This document shows, piece after piece, positions 7,284 through 16,111 of a DNA stretch of 29,312 nt (position 1 is the stretch's first letter; each line of letters opens with the position of its first letter). The position numbers were made by a program, and so were the translations under genes. The stretch spans positions 1-29,312 of IMG/VR virus record IMGVR_UViG_3300038674_000085. One strand, 5' to 3'. This stretch comes from a virus (lineage: Duplodnaviria > Caudoviricetes). The notes beneath the pieces were generated by a model, which was not told the origin of the DNA, made no database searches, and saw only the letters and a program-made list of their open reading frames with translations.

Positions 7284-10223
7284 ATGGCTATTGAAGTCGA
7301 AAAACTGCACATTAGTCTGACAGCTTCAACGAGCGATTACAGAAAGAATATCGAAGATGCTATGTCGGTAACTGATGCGCTTGTGAACAAGGTTAAGATG
7401 GCCATGCGAAGCCTAAATCAAGTTACTGGCAAGATCGGCATGAATGTTGATACGAGCGGAGCAACACAATCTCTTGATGAACTGGCGCGTAAACTTGATG
7501 AAACACATGCAAAAATCGTTGAAAAGTCGAGAGAGATTGAGCAAGCAAAAAAGGCAATGAGTGGAACTTTTAAGCACTTTGGTGTTGACAGTGCAAATGC
7601 TCAGCCGGGGTTGCAATATATTGATCAACTGCAAAAAGAGTACGACGAACTCTATCAGCAAGCCAACAAGTATGCAGATGCAATGGAGCGTGTTTCAAAA
7701 AACGAACCGACCAAAGAAGAAAAAGCCGGCATGTCTGCGTTATCCAAAGAAATGGATACGCTACTACAAAAGCTAACCGCTTTTAATGAAAAACTAACCA
7801 CAGGCAAAGCAACGATAAAGGAAATGGTAACAGATGCCAAAGAGTTATCTAAACAGTTTGGCTCTGCTGCATCTGCCGCTCAAACTCTTTCTAAGGCAAA
7901 GGTAAGCACAAAGGCATTAGCTCAAACAGATAGCGCGCCTAAAGCTGCTGCTGTAACCAAGATTGAGCCTGTAAAGCAAAAGCACGTTTCCATGATCGAC
8001 CGCGCTCGCAAGGCTATGGATAAACTTGCTCATAGCTCAAAAAAGGCAAGCAGCTCATTTCATGGCGAGAGTTTTGTAAAGAAACTGAAAAACTTTACTA
8101 AGTCGATGATAATATTCCGCGGCATCTTTTATGTCATGTCTAAGTTGGGCGAGGCAATGCAAGCGGCGGCGAATCATTCAGAAAAAACAATGAGCGCATT
8201 AAACAGCGCTAAGAGTGCATCAACCAATTTGGTAAACTCTTTTGCTGTAATTCTACTGCCAGTCTTAAAGGCTATCGCTCCTATGCTCGAATCTATAAGT
8301 CGAAAAATTGTTGATGTAGCTAACGTTGTCGCTCAGCTTTTTGCGGCACTGTTTAATCAAAAAACATATCAAAAAGCTATATATTCATCTGAACAATGGG
8401 GCGATACAACAGCCGGTGCAATGGATAAAGTGGCTAAAGCTCAGAAGTCGATCATGGGATTTGATGAACTAAATATATTACAAAAGCCTCAGTCAAGTTC
8501 TGGTGGTTCAGACGTTCCATTGGCCGGTGGAGGATTAACCGAAGAAGTTAAGGTAGACAATAAGTATTTTAAAGCAACAAAGGGTATTAAAGATTTTATT
8601 GAAGATATTAAAAAAGGTGTAAAAAAAATTGCTGACATTTACATGCAGCGAATACACCCTCATGTTTTAAAACTAAAAGAACCATTAGAGAAAGTTGCTG
8701 GCATCATTGGTGAAACTATTGTTGGTGCTATGGAATATCTTGGTGATTTTCTCGATAACGGCGGTTCTGATGGGTTAAATGATCTAATATCTGCTTTTGG
8801 TGGTCTTTTTACACTTATCGGAAATGTTGGAAGTGCTATTAGCGATCTTGATGAGTGGTTGGATAAACACGGTGTAAATATCGGACTTAGTGCTGAAGAT
8901 ATGGGTAAAAAGTTCGGTGCACTTGCAGGTGCAATTAACGATGTCATTGAAGGAATAAACAAACTGTTTGAAAAAACACCTGGCGGTGGTGCTCAGGCGA
9001 GCAAGGGTTTATCTCATCTGTTTGGCATTGATACAGTTATGCAATACATGAGCGATCTACAAGAAGCACGAAGCCCATTAGAGTCAATGGAAGTTTGGTC
9101 AAAATCATTAAAAGATATGGGTAATTGGGGTGCTCTGTTTGGAACAATATTAACGCTTAAACTTTTTGTTGATGGTGTAATTATTGCTCTGGAAAAAGTA
9201 GTAGGTGTTGCAGGCAAGCTAAGAGAAAAATTTGAAACAGAAATGGGCTATATCGGACTGTTTTGGAAAACGCTTGGACAATTGATTAATCAAGTTTGGG
9301 AAGATACTAAAGAATGGTTTAGGCAAAAAATGGACAACATGAACCAAAAGGCTTCAAGCACCGTTGAAAGCATTAAGCGATTTTTCACAGGAATTCCATC
9401 ATGGTTTAGCGGTAAGTTTGAAGAAGCTAAAAACAATGTTGCCTTACATTTTGACAGAATGAAAAACAGGGCGTCTGCCACAGTAACTAATATCAAGGCT
9501 TATTTCAGTTCTATTCCTAATTGGTTTGGTGACAGGTTTAATGCTGCCAGAGCACAAGTCGAACTTCAATTCGGCGAAATGAAGAACAAAGCCTATATTG
9601 CTTGGCTTAATATTCAGAAAGCATTTTCGGGTGTTCCAGATTGGTTTGGTGACAGGTTTAATGCTGCCAGAGCACAAGTCGAACTTCAATTCGGCGAAAT
9701 GAAGAACAAAGCCTATATTGCTTGGCTTAATATTCAGAAAGCATTTTCGGGTGTTCCAGATTGGTTTGGAAGTAAATTTGAAGCTGCAAGAGATCGGATA
9801 AAAACATCGTTTGACTCTTTAGGTGACAAGCTAAAAGCACCGTTGAATGCAGCTATCCAAGTCTTTAATAACTTCATAAATCGATTAAACAAACTAAATA
9901 TAACATTGCCTTCTATTATGGGCGGCGGCAAGATCGGGTTTAGCATACCGAACATTACACCGCTTGCCACAGGTACAGTTGTTCAGCCTAACAAGCCGTT
10001 TCTTGCGGCACTGGGCGACAATAAGCGTGAGCCTGAGATTGTATCTCCATTGTCTACCATGAAACAGGCAATAAGAGAGGTTCAGAACGAGCGCGGCGGC
10101 TCTAATTCCAATCAAGACATTTCAATAGCTGTTTATGTCGGCAATGACAAACTGGTTGACCGTACTATTAAGGGCGCTAATGAGCGAGCCTTGCAGTCCG
10201 GGAAGCTAATTCTCAACGTATAA
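7284..10223 (+). CDS. Tape measure protein
   Basis: 979 aa, helical, MGFDELNIL motif, Trp/Phe periodic repeats, C-terminal IPNITPLATG...EPEIVSPL. Confidence 0.93.
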   Translation: MAIEVEKLHISLTASTSDYRKNIEDAMSVTDALVNKVKMAMRSLNQVTGKIGMNVDTSGATQSLDELARKLDETHAKIVEKSREIEQAKKAMSGTFKHFGVDSANAQPGLQYIDQLQKEYDELYQQANKYADAMERVSKNEPTKEEKAGMSALSKEMDTLLQKLTAFNEKLTTGKATIKEMVTDAKELSKQFGSAASAAQTLSKAKVSTKALAQTDSAPKAAAVTKIEPVKQKHVSMIDRARKAMDKLAHSSKKASSSFHGESFVKKLKNFTKSMIIFRGIFYVMSKLGEAMQAAANHSEKTMSALNSAKSASTNLVNSFAVILLPVLKAIAPMLESISRKIVDVANVVAQLFAALFNQKTYQKAIYSSEQWGDTTAGAMDKVAKAQKSIMGFDELNILQKPQSSSGGSDVPLAGGGLTEEVKVDNKYFKATKGIKDFIEDIKKGVKKIADIYMQRIHPHVLKLKEPLEKVAGIIGETIVGAMEYLGDFLDNGGSDGLNDLISAFGGLFTLIGNVGSAISDLDEWLDKHGVNIGLSAEDMGKKFGALAGAINDVIEGINKLFEKTPGGGAQASKGLSHLFGIDTVMQYMSDLQEARSPLESMEVWSKSLKDMGNWGALFGTILTLKLFVDGVIIALEKVVGVAGKLREKFETEMGYIGLFWKTLGQLINQVWEDTKEWFRQKMDNMNQKASSTVESIKRFFTGIPSWFSGKFEEAKNNVALHFDRMKNRASATVTNIKAYFSSIPNWFGDRFNAARAQVELQFGEMKNKAYIAWLNIQKAFSGVPDWFGDRFNAARAQVELQFGEMKNKAYIAWLNIQKAFSGVPDWFGSKFEAARDRIKTSFDSLGDKLKAPLNAAIQVFNNFINRLNKLNITLPSIMGGGKIGFSIPNITPLATGTVVQPNKPFLAALGDNKREPEIVSPLSTMKQAIREVQNERGGSNSNQDISIAVYVGNDKLVDRTIKGANERALQSGKLILNV
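9520..9769 (+). repeat. Perfect 120-bp tandem duplication in the tape measure gene
   Basis: 9520-9649 is identical to 9640-9769 (40-aa period). Confidence 0.95.
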
Positions 10224-10239
10224 CTAAGGAGGGCTTATA

Positions 10240-10623
10240 TTGGCTACAGGCACAGTTTTAGAGATCAATGGTGTACCGATAAAAGATCCCTCAGCCTATG
10301 GTTGGGAGTGGTACGACCTGTCCAGTGAAGATGTAGCGGGTAGGTCGGAATCTGGGCTTAATAATAAGGACATTGTAGCCCAAAAAGTAAAACTAACTCT
10401 GCAATGGGATTTTCTAACATTTGCAGAAGCATCAGCAATATTGACAGCGAGTGTGGGGGGCAACTTAAATGCCCCTCAACCTTATTTGTCGGTTAAATAC
10501 TTTGACATGGCGCGCAATGCCTGGCGAACAATGACAGCTACGGTAGGCGACAGGACAGCCCCTATGTATAACTTTACATTAGGAAAGGTTGAGAATGTCG
10601 CTTTTAATTTGATTGAGAGGTAA
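10240..10623 (+). CDS. Distal tail (Dit-like) protein
   Basis: Follows the tape measure; AGRSESG...KVKLTLQW...VGDRTAP...FNLIER pattern. Confidence 0.75.
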   Translation: MATGTVLEINGVPIKDPSAYGWEWYDLSSEDVAGRSESGLNNKDIVAQKVKLTLQWDFLTFAEASAILTASVGGNLNAPQPYLSVKYFDMARNAWRTMTATVGDRTAPMYNFTLGKVENVAFNLIER

Positions 10624-10630
10624 ATGATAT

Positions 10631-12994
10631 ATGTACCCTGTGAGCGAAGCATACAAGAACTGGATATACAACAATGATTCACCTGAGGGCAGAGTTTTTG
10701 ACATATCTGGTTATATAGATGCTCCATTTGGCAGGGTTGACATTGATCCTGCTGATTTGGTAGCCGGTTCGGTCAAGCTCGAAGATGCAACAATATCAAG
10801 TGACAGTTTAGAGGTTGGCTCGGTGTTTTCCGCCGGGCTTTCCTTTTCTGTTTATAACAACAAGTCTGAATATTCAGACATTTCATTCAATGGTTGTGAA
10901 GCGTCTTTTTCCGTTGGTTATAAACTGGAATCCGGCGTATTTGAATGGGTTCCGCTGGGGCAATTTATTATTATAGAATCCAGTGTACCTGCAAACACTA
11001 TCAGTTTTAGAGCGCTTGATAAGATGATCTTGCTCTCTAGTATTAAATGGGCGGATATAAATGTTATGTTCCCTGCAACTGTCAGGGAGATTGCTAATGC
11101 CTGTTTTAGCGCAGCAGCATTACCACCATTACCGGCAGATAGTTTTCTCCATGATGATTATGTGGTTGATGCCGCATTTACTGATGATAATTTTACTGCT
11201 AGAGATATTGTGTCTTATTGTGCTCAGATAGCCGGTTGTTATGCGAAAATTGACAGGAACGGTACACCTAAATTTGGTTGGTATGGCGATATTAGAACGC
11301 CTGTATATTATAGTCTAAATGCTAATAGCGACGAGATAACCGGTCTATGCATAGAAGATGGCGCTCTCAAAGTATTGTCCGGCGGTTATGAAGAACAGGA
11401 CGAATCGTTTTATTCTGTTGGCCTTGATGATCGTATTGATTTTAGGGTTTCCGGCTCGACCATATATGTTACCGGCATTTTGTATGAGCATGGTGAGGAA
11501 AGTCGTCTGTACGGTCGTCGTGAATATCTTATTGTGCTTGAGGATAATCCTTTAGTACAAGAGAACATGGACGCTGTAATGTCGGCCATCTATGAAAAGA
11601 TAGGCCGATTTGCCTATATCCCTTATGAATCTAAAATATTCGGTGATCCTGCAAGAGAAGCGGGGGATTTAGTCACTATTCTACATAAAGACGGTACCGA
11701 ATATCACACAATCATAACCAATATTAGTTATACATTTAGAGGCGAATCGTCTATTGAGGCGAGGGGTGCATCTAATACCGTCAACAACATTCAAGGTTAC
11801 TCTGTTAAAAAAATAAGTAGTGCTCTAAAAGAGATCAAGCAAGCTGACTATGATTTTACCGATATGGAAAAAGCTATTAACAGCTCAACCAATCTAATAG
11901 CAAATATGCTAGGTGGATATGCTATCCAGGGTGAAGATGCTTTTTATGTCGCTGACAATATCGACCTTGCCCTTGCTGAGAAGGTATGGAAATGGGGCAT
12001 AGGTGGCTTTGGTTATTCAGAAAACGGCGTTGATGGCCCATACGCAACAAGCGTAACTGCTGAGGGTACGATTATCGCTAAACTGATTCAAGCAGGGTTA
12101 GTGACCGCTGACGACATCAAAACTGGCAACCTGATTATTGGTGGTTCTGATGGCGTGAACAGCCTCAAAGTTATAAATCCGGTTGATGATAGCGTAATCG
12201 TTGAGATTGACGAAAGTGGTATCAATGTAGATGGAACGGTAGGTGCTACTGGTTTTACTGGTTTGTATGGTTCCTATGGCGTTTCAGCAAGGTTTGATCT
12301 TGTTCCATATCAACCTGGGTTCTTGGTTCAGTTGGCAGGGCTATATACAGACGAGTATGATCCTGCCCTTTTTTCTGCATATCACATAAGGGGAAGTTAC
12401 GCCACAAACGGAACAACATATTGGAATACCGACGCGTCAAGTTTGAATATATTTGACAGTAAGATTGTTTTAAGCCCTAGCAGAATAGATTTTGCTTTGC
12501 CCGCTTATACTAGCGGCGGTGCTCTTGTTACCTCTGGTGCAAAATACAAAGAAAACATCAAGCCAATAAAATCTAAAACTATTAAAAACACCAAGCAAGT
12601 TAAAAATAAAGAGCAAGAAAACATTTTTGAAGAACAATCTGCTGATGGTGTTTTTACAGAAGATTTTATAGACCTGCTTGATCGCATTGCCGATAACGAA
12701 TGTATTTTTAATTACAAGCCCATAAATGAAAGTGGAGAGATTCAATCTGAGTTGGTTCAGTTAGGCGTTATAGCCGAGGGATTGTCTGATCATAAAGCAT
12801 ATCAATATATAGGCGTAAAAAACCTTGAGCCCGATGGTAGTTACGAGCATGCATTAAAGGTTATGCCTATTGCCATGCTTTCTATTGTTGGTTACGGACA
12901 TTTGAGGGATAAAAACAAAGCTCAAGAACAAAAGATAAACGACCTAGAGGCTCGCATAGCCCGTCTGGAAAAACTCATAGGAGGTATTAAGTAA
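10631..12994 (+). CDS. Tail tip / baseplate hub protein (Tal-like) with probable C-terminal intramolecular chaperone
   Basis: 787 aa; GDPAREAGD and KVWKWGIGGFGYSENGVDGPY motifs; TSGAKYKENIKPI...LGVIAE plus a terminal coiled coil resemble Peptidase_S74. Confidence 0.75.
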   Translation: MYPVSEAYKNWIYNNDSPEGRVFDISGYIDAPFGRVDIDPADLVAGSVKLEDATISSDSLEVGSVFSAGLSFSVYNNKSEYSDISFNGCEASFSVGYKLESGVFEWVPLGQFIIIESSVPANTISFRALDKMILLSSIKWADINVMFPATVREIANACFSAAALPPLPADSFLHDDYVVDAAFTDDNFTARDIVSYCAQIAGCYAKIDRNGTPKFGWYGDIRTPVYYSLNANSDEITGLCIEDGALKVLSGGYEEQDESFYSVGLDDRIDFRVSGSTIYVTGILYEHGEESRLYGRREYLIVLEDNPLVQENMDAVMSAIYEKIGRFAYIPYESKIFGDPAREAGDLVTILHKDGTEYHTIITNISYTFRGESSIEARGASNTVNNIQGYSVKKISSALKEIKQADYDFTDMEKAINSSTNLIANMLGGYAIQGEDAFYVADNIDLALAEKVWKWGIGGFGYSENGVDGPYATSVTAEGTIIAKLIQAGLVTADDIKTGNLIIGGSDGVNSLKVINPVDDSVIVEIDESGINVDGTVGATGFTGLYGSYGVSARFDLVPYQPGFLVQLAGLYTDEYDPALFSAYHIRGSYATNGTTYWNTDASSLNIFDSKIVLSPSRIDFALPAYTSGGALVTSGAKYKENIKPIKSKTIKNTKQVKNKEQENIFEEQSADGVFTEDFIDLLDRIADNECIFNYKPINESGEIQSELVQLGVIAEGLSDHKAYQYIGVKNLEPDGSYEHALKVMPIAMLSIVGYGHLRDKNKAQEQKINDLEARIARLEKLIGGIK

Positions 12995-13620
12995 TGCCAA
13001 TAGGTAGAATACAGTTAAAACACGGACTAGAAAGCTCAGCAGATTTTAATACAATGTTGCAAGCTGAGGCGTACTATGCTACAGATACCGAAAGGTTAAT
13101 GATTGCTAACGGCGATGGCACTGGTTTAATTTTGCCTAGCAAAAACGAGATCGACACTAAGATAGGCGATCTTACTTCTCTCACAACAACAGAAAAGGGC
13201 AGTATTGTTGGAGCGGTTAATGAAATCGACAATAATCTTAATTTGGTTCAGTCCGGCGGTTTAGACGGTGCATTTGCCGCAATGCCATTTGTCGGATCTG
13301 CACCGATCGTTGAGAGTGGGGCAATCGGGAACGATAAATGGACAAAATGGGCTGATGGTACGATGGTTTATGAATACAATTCAACGGCATACCAAACCGT
13401 AAATGCCGGAGCAATTGCTTCTAATTCGCGGCCATTCCCTGTTCCGTTTGCACTAACCCCAACCGGAATAGTTTCGCCAAAATACGATACAACTGCCGGA
13501 TTTTTAGTTGGAACAGTAAGAAATGTAAGTGTTACTGGTATTTGGTTTACAATTTATAACGGTGCTTCGGTTAACCTGAGTATTGGTTTGCAACTTTTTG
13601 TTATAGGCAGGTGGAAATAA
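12994..13620 (+). CDS. Tail fibre / receptor-binding protein (currently expressed orientation)
   Basis: N-terminus RIQLKHG...AEAYYATDTERLMIANG is Mtd_N/hyaluronidase-N-like; linker IGDLTSLTTTEKGSIVGAVNE; C-terminus WTKWADGTM...FPVPF...VIGRWK is a gp53-like fibre tip. Confidence 0.8.
   Translation: MPIGRIQLKHGLESSADFNTMLQAEAYYATDTERLMIANGDGTGLILPSKNEIDTKIGDLTSLTTTEKGSIVGAVNEIDNNLNLVQSGGLDGAFAAMPFVGSAPIVESGAIGNDKWTKWADGTMVYEYNSTAYQTVNAGAIASNSRPFPVPFALTPTGIVSPKYDTTAGFLVGTVRNVSVTGIWFTIYNGASVNLSIGLQLFVIGRWK
13233..13250 (+). repeat. Left 18-bp inverted repeat (putative inversion site)
   Basis: TAATCTTAATTTGGTTCA, exact reverse complement of 13888-13905. Confidence 0.9.
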
Positions 13621-13905
13621 ATTAAGTGCAATAAAATTATCCTTGCATTTGTAGATGAACTGAAAGTCGAAGCTAAATAATAACGATATGAGGCAGCAAC
13701 CGTTCTGTATCCCTCAGGCAGTGTGAATAATACAGTGCCGTTAGTAATTGTGCCATTACCAATTCTGCCCTGAAGCTCAATATTACCAAATTGATTTTTT
13801 CTGTATTGTGCAGGAATGGAAATCGTCCAACCGTTTTGAAGTGTTAAATCCTTCCATCCTTCTTGCGATTTATCAGCTTTATTCAGTTGAACCAAATTAA
13901 GATTA
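13554..13905 (-). CDS. Silent alternative tail-fibre C-terminal cassette (inverted, possibly 3'-truncated)
   Basis: Starts with the same NLNLVQ peptide as fibre residues 81-86; WKDLTLQNGW...YRKNQFGNIELQG...LFTLPEGYR is a typical fibre-tip domain; no RBS of its own. Confidence 0.8.
13888..13905 (-). repeat. Right 18-bp inverted repeat (putative inversion site)
   Basis: + strand reads TGAACCAAATTAAGATTA. Confidence 0.9.
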
Positions 13906-13936
13906 GACACGTAACTTTTGATACGTGTCTTTTTAT
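13905..13936 (+). terminator. Intrinsic terminator abutting the right inverted repeat
   Basis: Stem AGACACGTA/TACGTGTCT followed by TTTTAT. Confidence 0.7.
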
Positions 13937-14009
13937 ATTACAAGCAAATAAAAGAAACACAACAACTGAATATATCAACACAAAATTTTACATCAGGGGT
14001 TGATAGCAT

Positions 14010-14306
14010 ATGCCAACTACAGAAGAACGTATTTTAGAGAAACTTGATCAGATAGTCGAGCGTACAACAAGACTAGAGGAACGAGTAACAGGCCTATCGG
14101 ACAGGATCGACAAGTACAACAACGTTACGGGCCGCATGGCTGAGATTGAAACAGAAGTTAGGTTGCAAAGGCAAGCGTGTAAATCGGTTCAAGATCAAAA
14201 AAAAACACAGGCTATTCCGACAGGCAATCTTAAAGCCTCAATAATTGGTGGCATTGCAGTTGGCGTAATCATGATTATTGTAAATCTGGTTGTCAACGTT
14301 TTGTAA
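14010..14306 (+). CDS. Lysis-module membrane protein (coiled coil plus C-terminal TM helix, XhlA-like layout)
   Basis: Heptad N-terminus, hydrophobic IIGGIAVGVIMIIVNLVVNVL tail, position upstream of the holin. Confidence 0.65.
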   Translation: MPTTEERILEKLDQIVERTTRLEERVTGLSDRIDKYNNVTGRMAEIETEVRLQRQACKSVQDQKKTQAIPTGNLKASIIGGIAVGVIMIIVNLVVNVL

Positions 14307-14382
14307 CAATCTGGATAATCAAAACAATTCCACAAAAGAAACACAAAACTGCATATATAGCTCAACACGAAAGGGGTTAGAC

Positions 14383-14781
14383 ATGGATTTCAATGAAATT
14401 TTGTCAATCGTTATTACTTGCGTCATTGTTCCGCTTCTGACATGGGGTGTGAGCAAGATTACCGCCTTAGCAGATGCAAAGATCGAGCAAGTTAAATCGG
14501 TGACAGCACAGAAGATTTTATATGATGCCAAGTACGAACTGTCTGAAGCTGTACTAAAAGCAGTTACAGAGGTTCAAGAAACATATGTAAAGGCACTAAA
14601 AGACAAGGCGGCATTTACACCGGAAAAACAAAAAGAGGCTTTTGAACAGGCGGCTAAAAAGACAAAAGAGATTATGTCTGATGCCGCTTTTATTGTGCTC
14701 AAAAATGCCGCTGTAGATGTTGAAGCTCGTATTAAGAGCGAGATCGAATACAGCCTATCACAGATCAAAATAGGAGGTTGA
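14383..14781 (+). CDS. Holin (LL-H-like architecture, putative)
   Basis: Single N-terminal TM helix; AVTEVQETYVKALK...EKQKEAFE motif; precedes the endolysin; AAGGGG RBS before ATG 14383. Confidence 0.7.
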   Translation: MDFNEILSIVITCVIVPLLTWGVSKITALADAKIEQVKSVTAQKILYDAKYELSEAVLKAVTEVQETYVKALKDKAAFTPEKQKEAFEQAAKKTKEIMSDAAFIVLKNAAVDVEARIKSEIEYSLSQIKIGG

Positions 14782-14786
14782 TTATA

Positions 14787-15887
14787 ATGTCAATTAGAGT
14801 AGTTTTTGATATTGGTCATGGCGCAGATACATGGCCTCCGTCCAAAGGCGTATATCTTGAAAATGGCGGTAGTTTCGCAGAGCATGAGTTTAATTATAAG
14901 GTTGCTATGGCGGCTAAGGCTCTTGCTGAGTTTAACGGTATAGATGTGTTCTTCACTCAGCAGCCTAACAGCAAAGATGTACCACTGAACGATAGAGGTG
15001 CTCTGATCAAGGCTGAGCACGCTAGAGAGCCTTTTGATTGCCTACTGTCATTTCATGCCAATGCCAATAGCGACAAGTCGGCTAATGGTTATGGCGTTCT
15101 ATATTGGCACACTTCTACCCTAAGTAAGAAGTTAGCTGAAATATGGAACAAAAACGCTAAGGCTTGTTTCAATATTTCTGCCTGGGGTTCTGGCCTTTGG
15201 GAATCTAAGCCTAATCATTGGTCAAACATGTATATTTTGAGAACAACACCAATGCCAGCTATCCTGATGGAGCACTTCTTCTTCACTAATCCCGGAGAAT
15301 TGGCTAAGTGCAACACGCCTGAGTTTATCGCTATAGCGGCTGAGGTTGCTGTTAAAACGGTTTGTGAGTTTACTGGTGTAGGTTTTAGAAAACCTAGCGA
15401 CAAACAGCCTGTTGAGCCTAAGCCGGTCGATCCTAAGAATTATTACAGAGTACAGACAGGTGCATTTAAGTACAAGGCCAACGCTGATGCCTACGCAAAC
15501 GAGATCAAGTCTAAGGGCTTTGACATTTACATGGTTGAAGCTGACGGTTATTACAAGGTGCAGGTCGGAGCTTATGAAATTAAGGCCAATGCTGATGCTA
15601 TGGAGGCTAAGCTAAAGGCCGCCGGTTATCCTACGTTTATTACAACTAAGGCCGGTAAACCTGCCACTATCAATCCTGCCAATACTGCTCCTGTTAAAAC
15701 AATAAAAGTCGGCAGTAAAGTTTCTATCGCTAAGGGTGCAAGATCGTACTCAGGCGATAAACTAGCCGCTTTCGTGTATAACAACTTCTATACTGTCATG
15801 GAAATAAAAGGGGATAGGGTTGTTGTTGGTCAGGGCGGCGTTGTTACCGCTGCTATAAGATATTCTGATCTTGTTCTGCAAGATTAA
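14787..15887 (+). CDS. Endolysin: N-acetylmuramoyl-L-alanine amidase (Amidase_3) with SPOR repeats and a C-terminal SH3-like domain
   Basis: DIGHG, E, SFHANA and AILMEHFF zinc-amidase motifs; YRVQTGAF and YKVQVGAY SPOR repeats. Confidence 0.92.
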   Translation: MSIRVVFDIGHGADTWPPSKGVYLENGGSFAEHEFNYKVAMAAKALAEFNGIDVFFTQQPNSKDVPLNDRGALIKAEHAREPFDCLLSFHANANSDKSANGYGVLYWHTSTLSKKLAEIWNKNAKACFNISAWGSGLWESKPNHWSNMYILRTTPMPAILMEHFFFTNPGELAKCNTPEFIAIAAEVAVKTVCEFTGVGFRKPSDKQPVEPKPVDPKNYYRVQTGAFKYKANADAYANEIKSKGFDIYMVEADGYYKVQVGAYEIKANADAMEAKLKAAGYPTFITTKAGKPATINPANTAPVKTIKVGSKVSIAKGARSYSGDKLAAFVYNNFYTVMEIKGDRVVVGQGGVVTAAIRYSDLVLQD

Positions 15888-15913
15888 GGCATTGCTATCA
15901 ATACAATAAAATT

Positions 15914-15951
15914 GCCCGGTTGGTCTTAATTGACTAGCCGGGCTTATTTTT
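15914..15951 (+). terminator. Intrinsic terminator ending the late operon
   Basis: Stem GCCCGGTTGGTC/GACTAGCCGGGC followed by TTATTTTT. Confidence 0.85.
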
Positions 15952-16082
15952 GTCTGCACTATTTTATTGTACTATAGTGCAATTATATTTTAACTACATT
16001 TTAACACCTGCGGAGGGAATGTCAAACACGTTGATGTCTTGAGTGTTAACAATATATGTCAAAAGAAATTTTAATAAAGAGG

Positions 16083-16111
16083 TTGACAATAAAATCAAAT
16101 AGAGTTAAAGT
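16083..16111 (+). promoter_or_regulatory. Sigma70/SigA-type early promoter
   Basis: TTGACA (16083-16088), 17-bp spacer, TAAAGT (16106-16111), with an AT-rich UP-like region upstream. Confidence 0.7.

Noticed and set aside
12994-13910. Diversity-generating retroelement acting on the Mtd_N-like fibre
   Set aside because: No reverse transcriptase and no TR/VR pair differing at adenines. Inversion explains the locus better.
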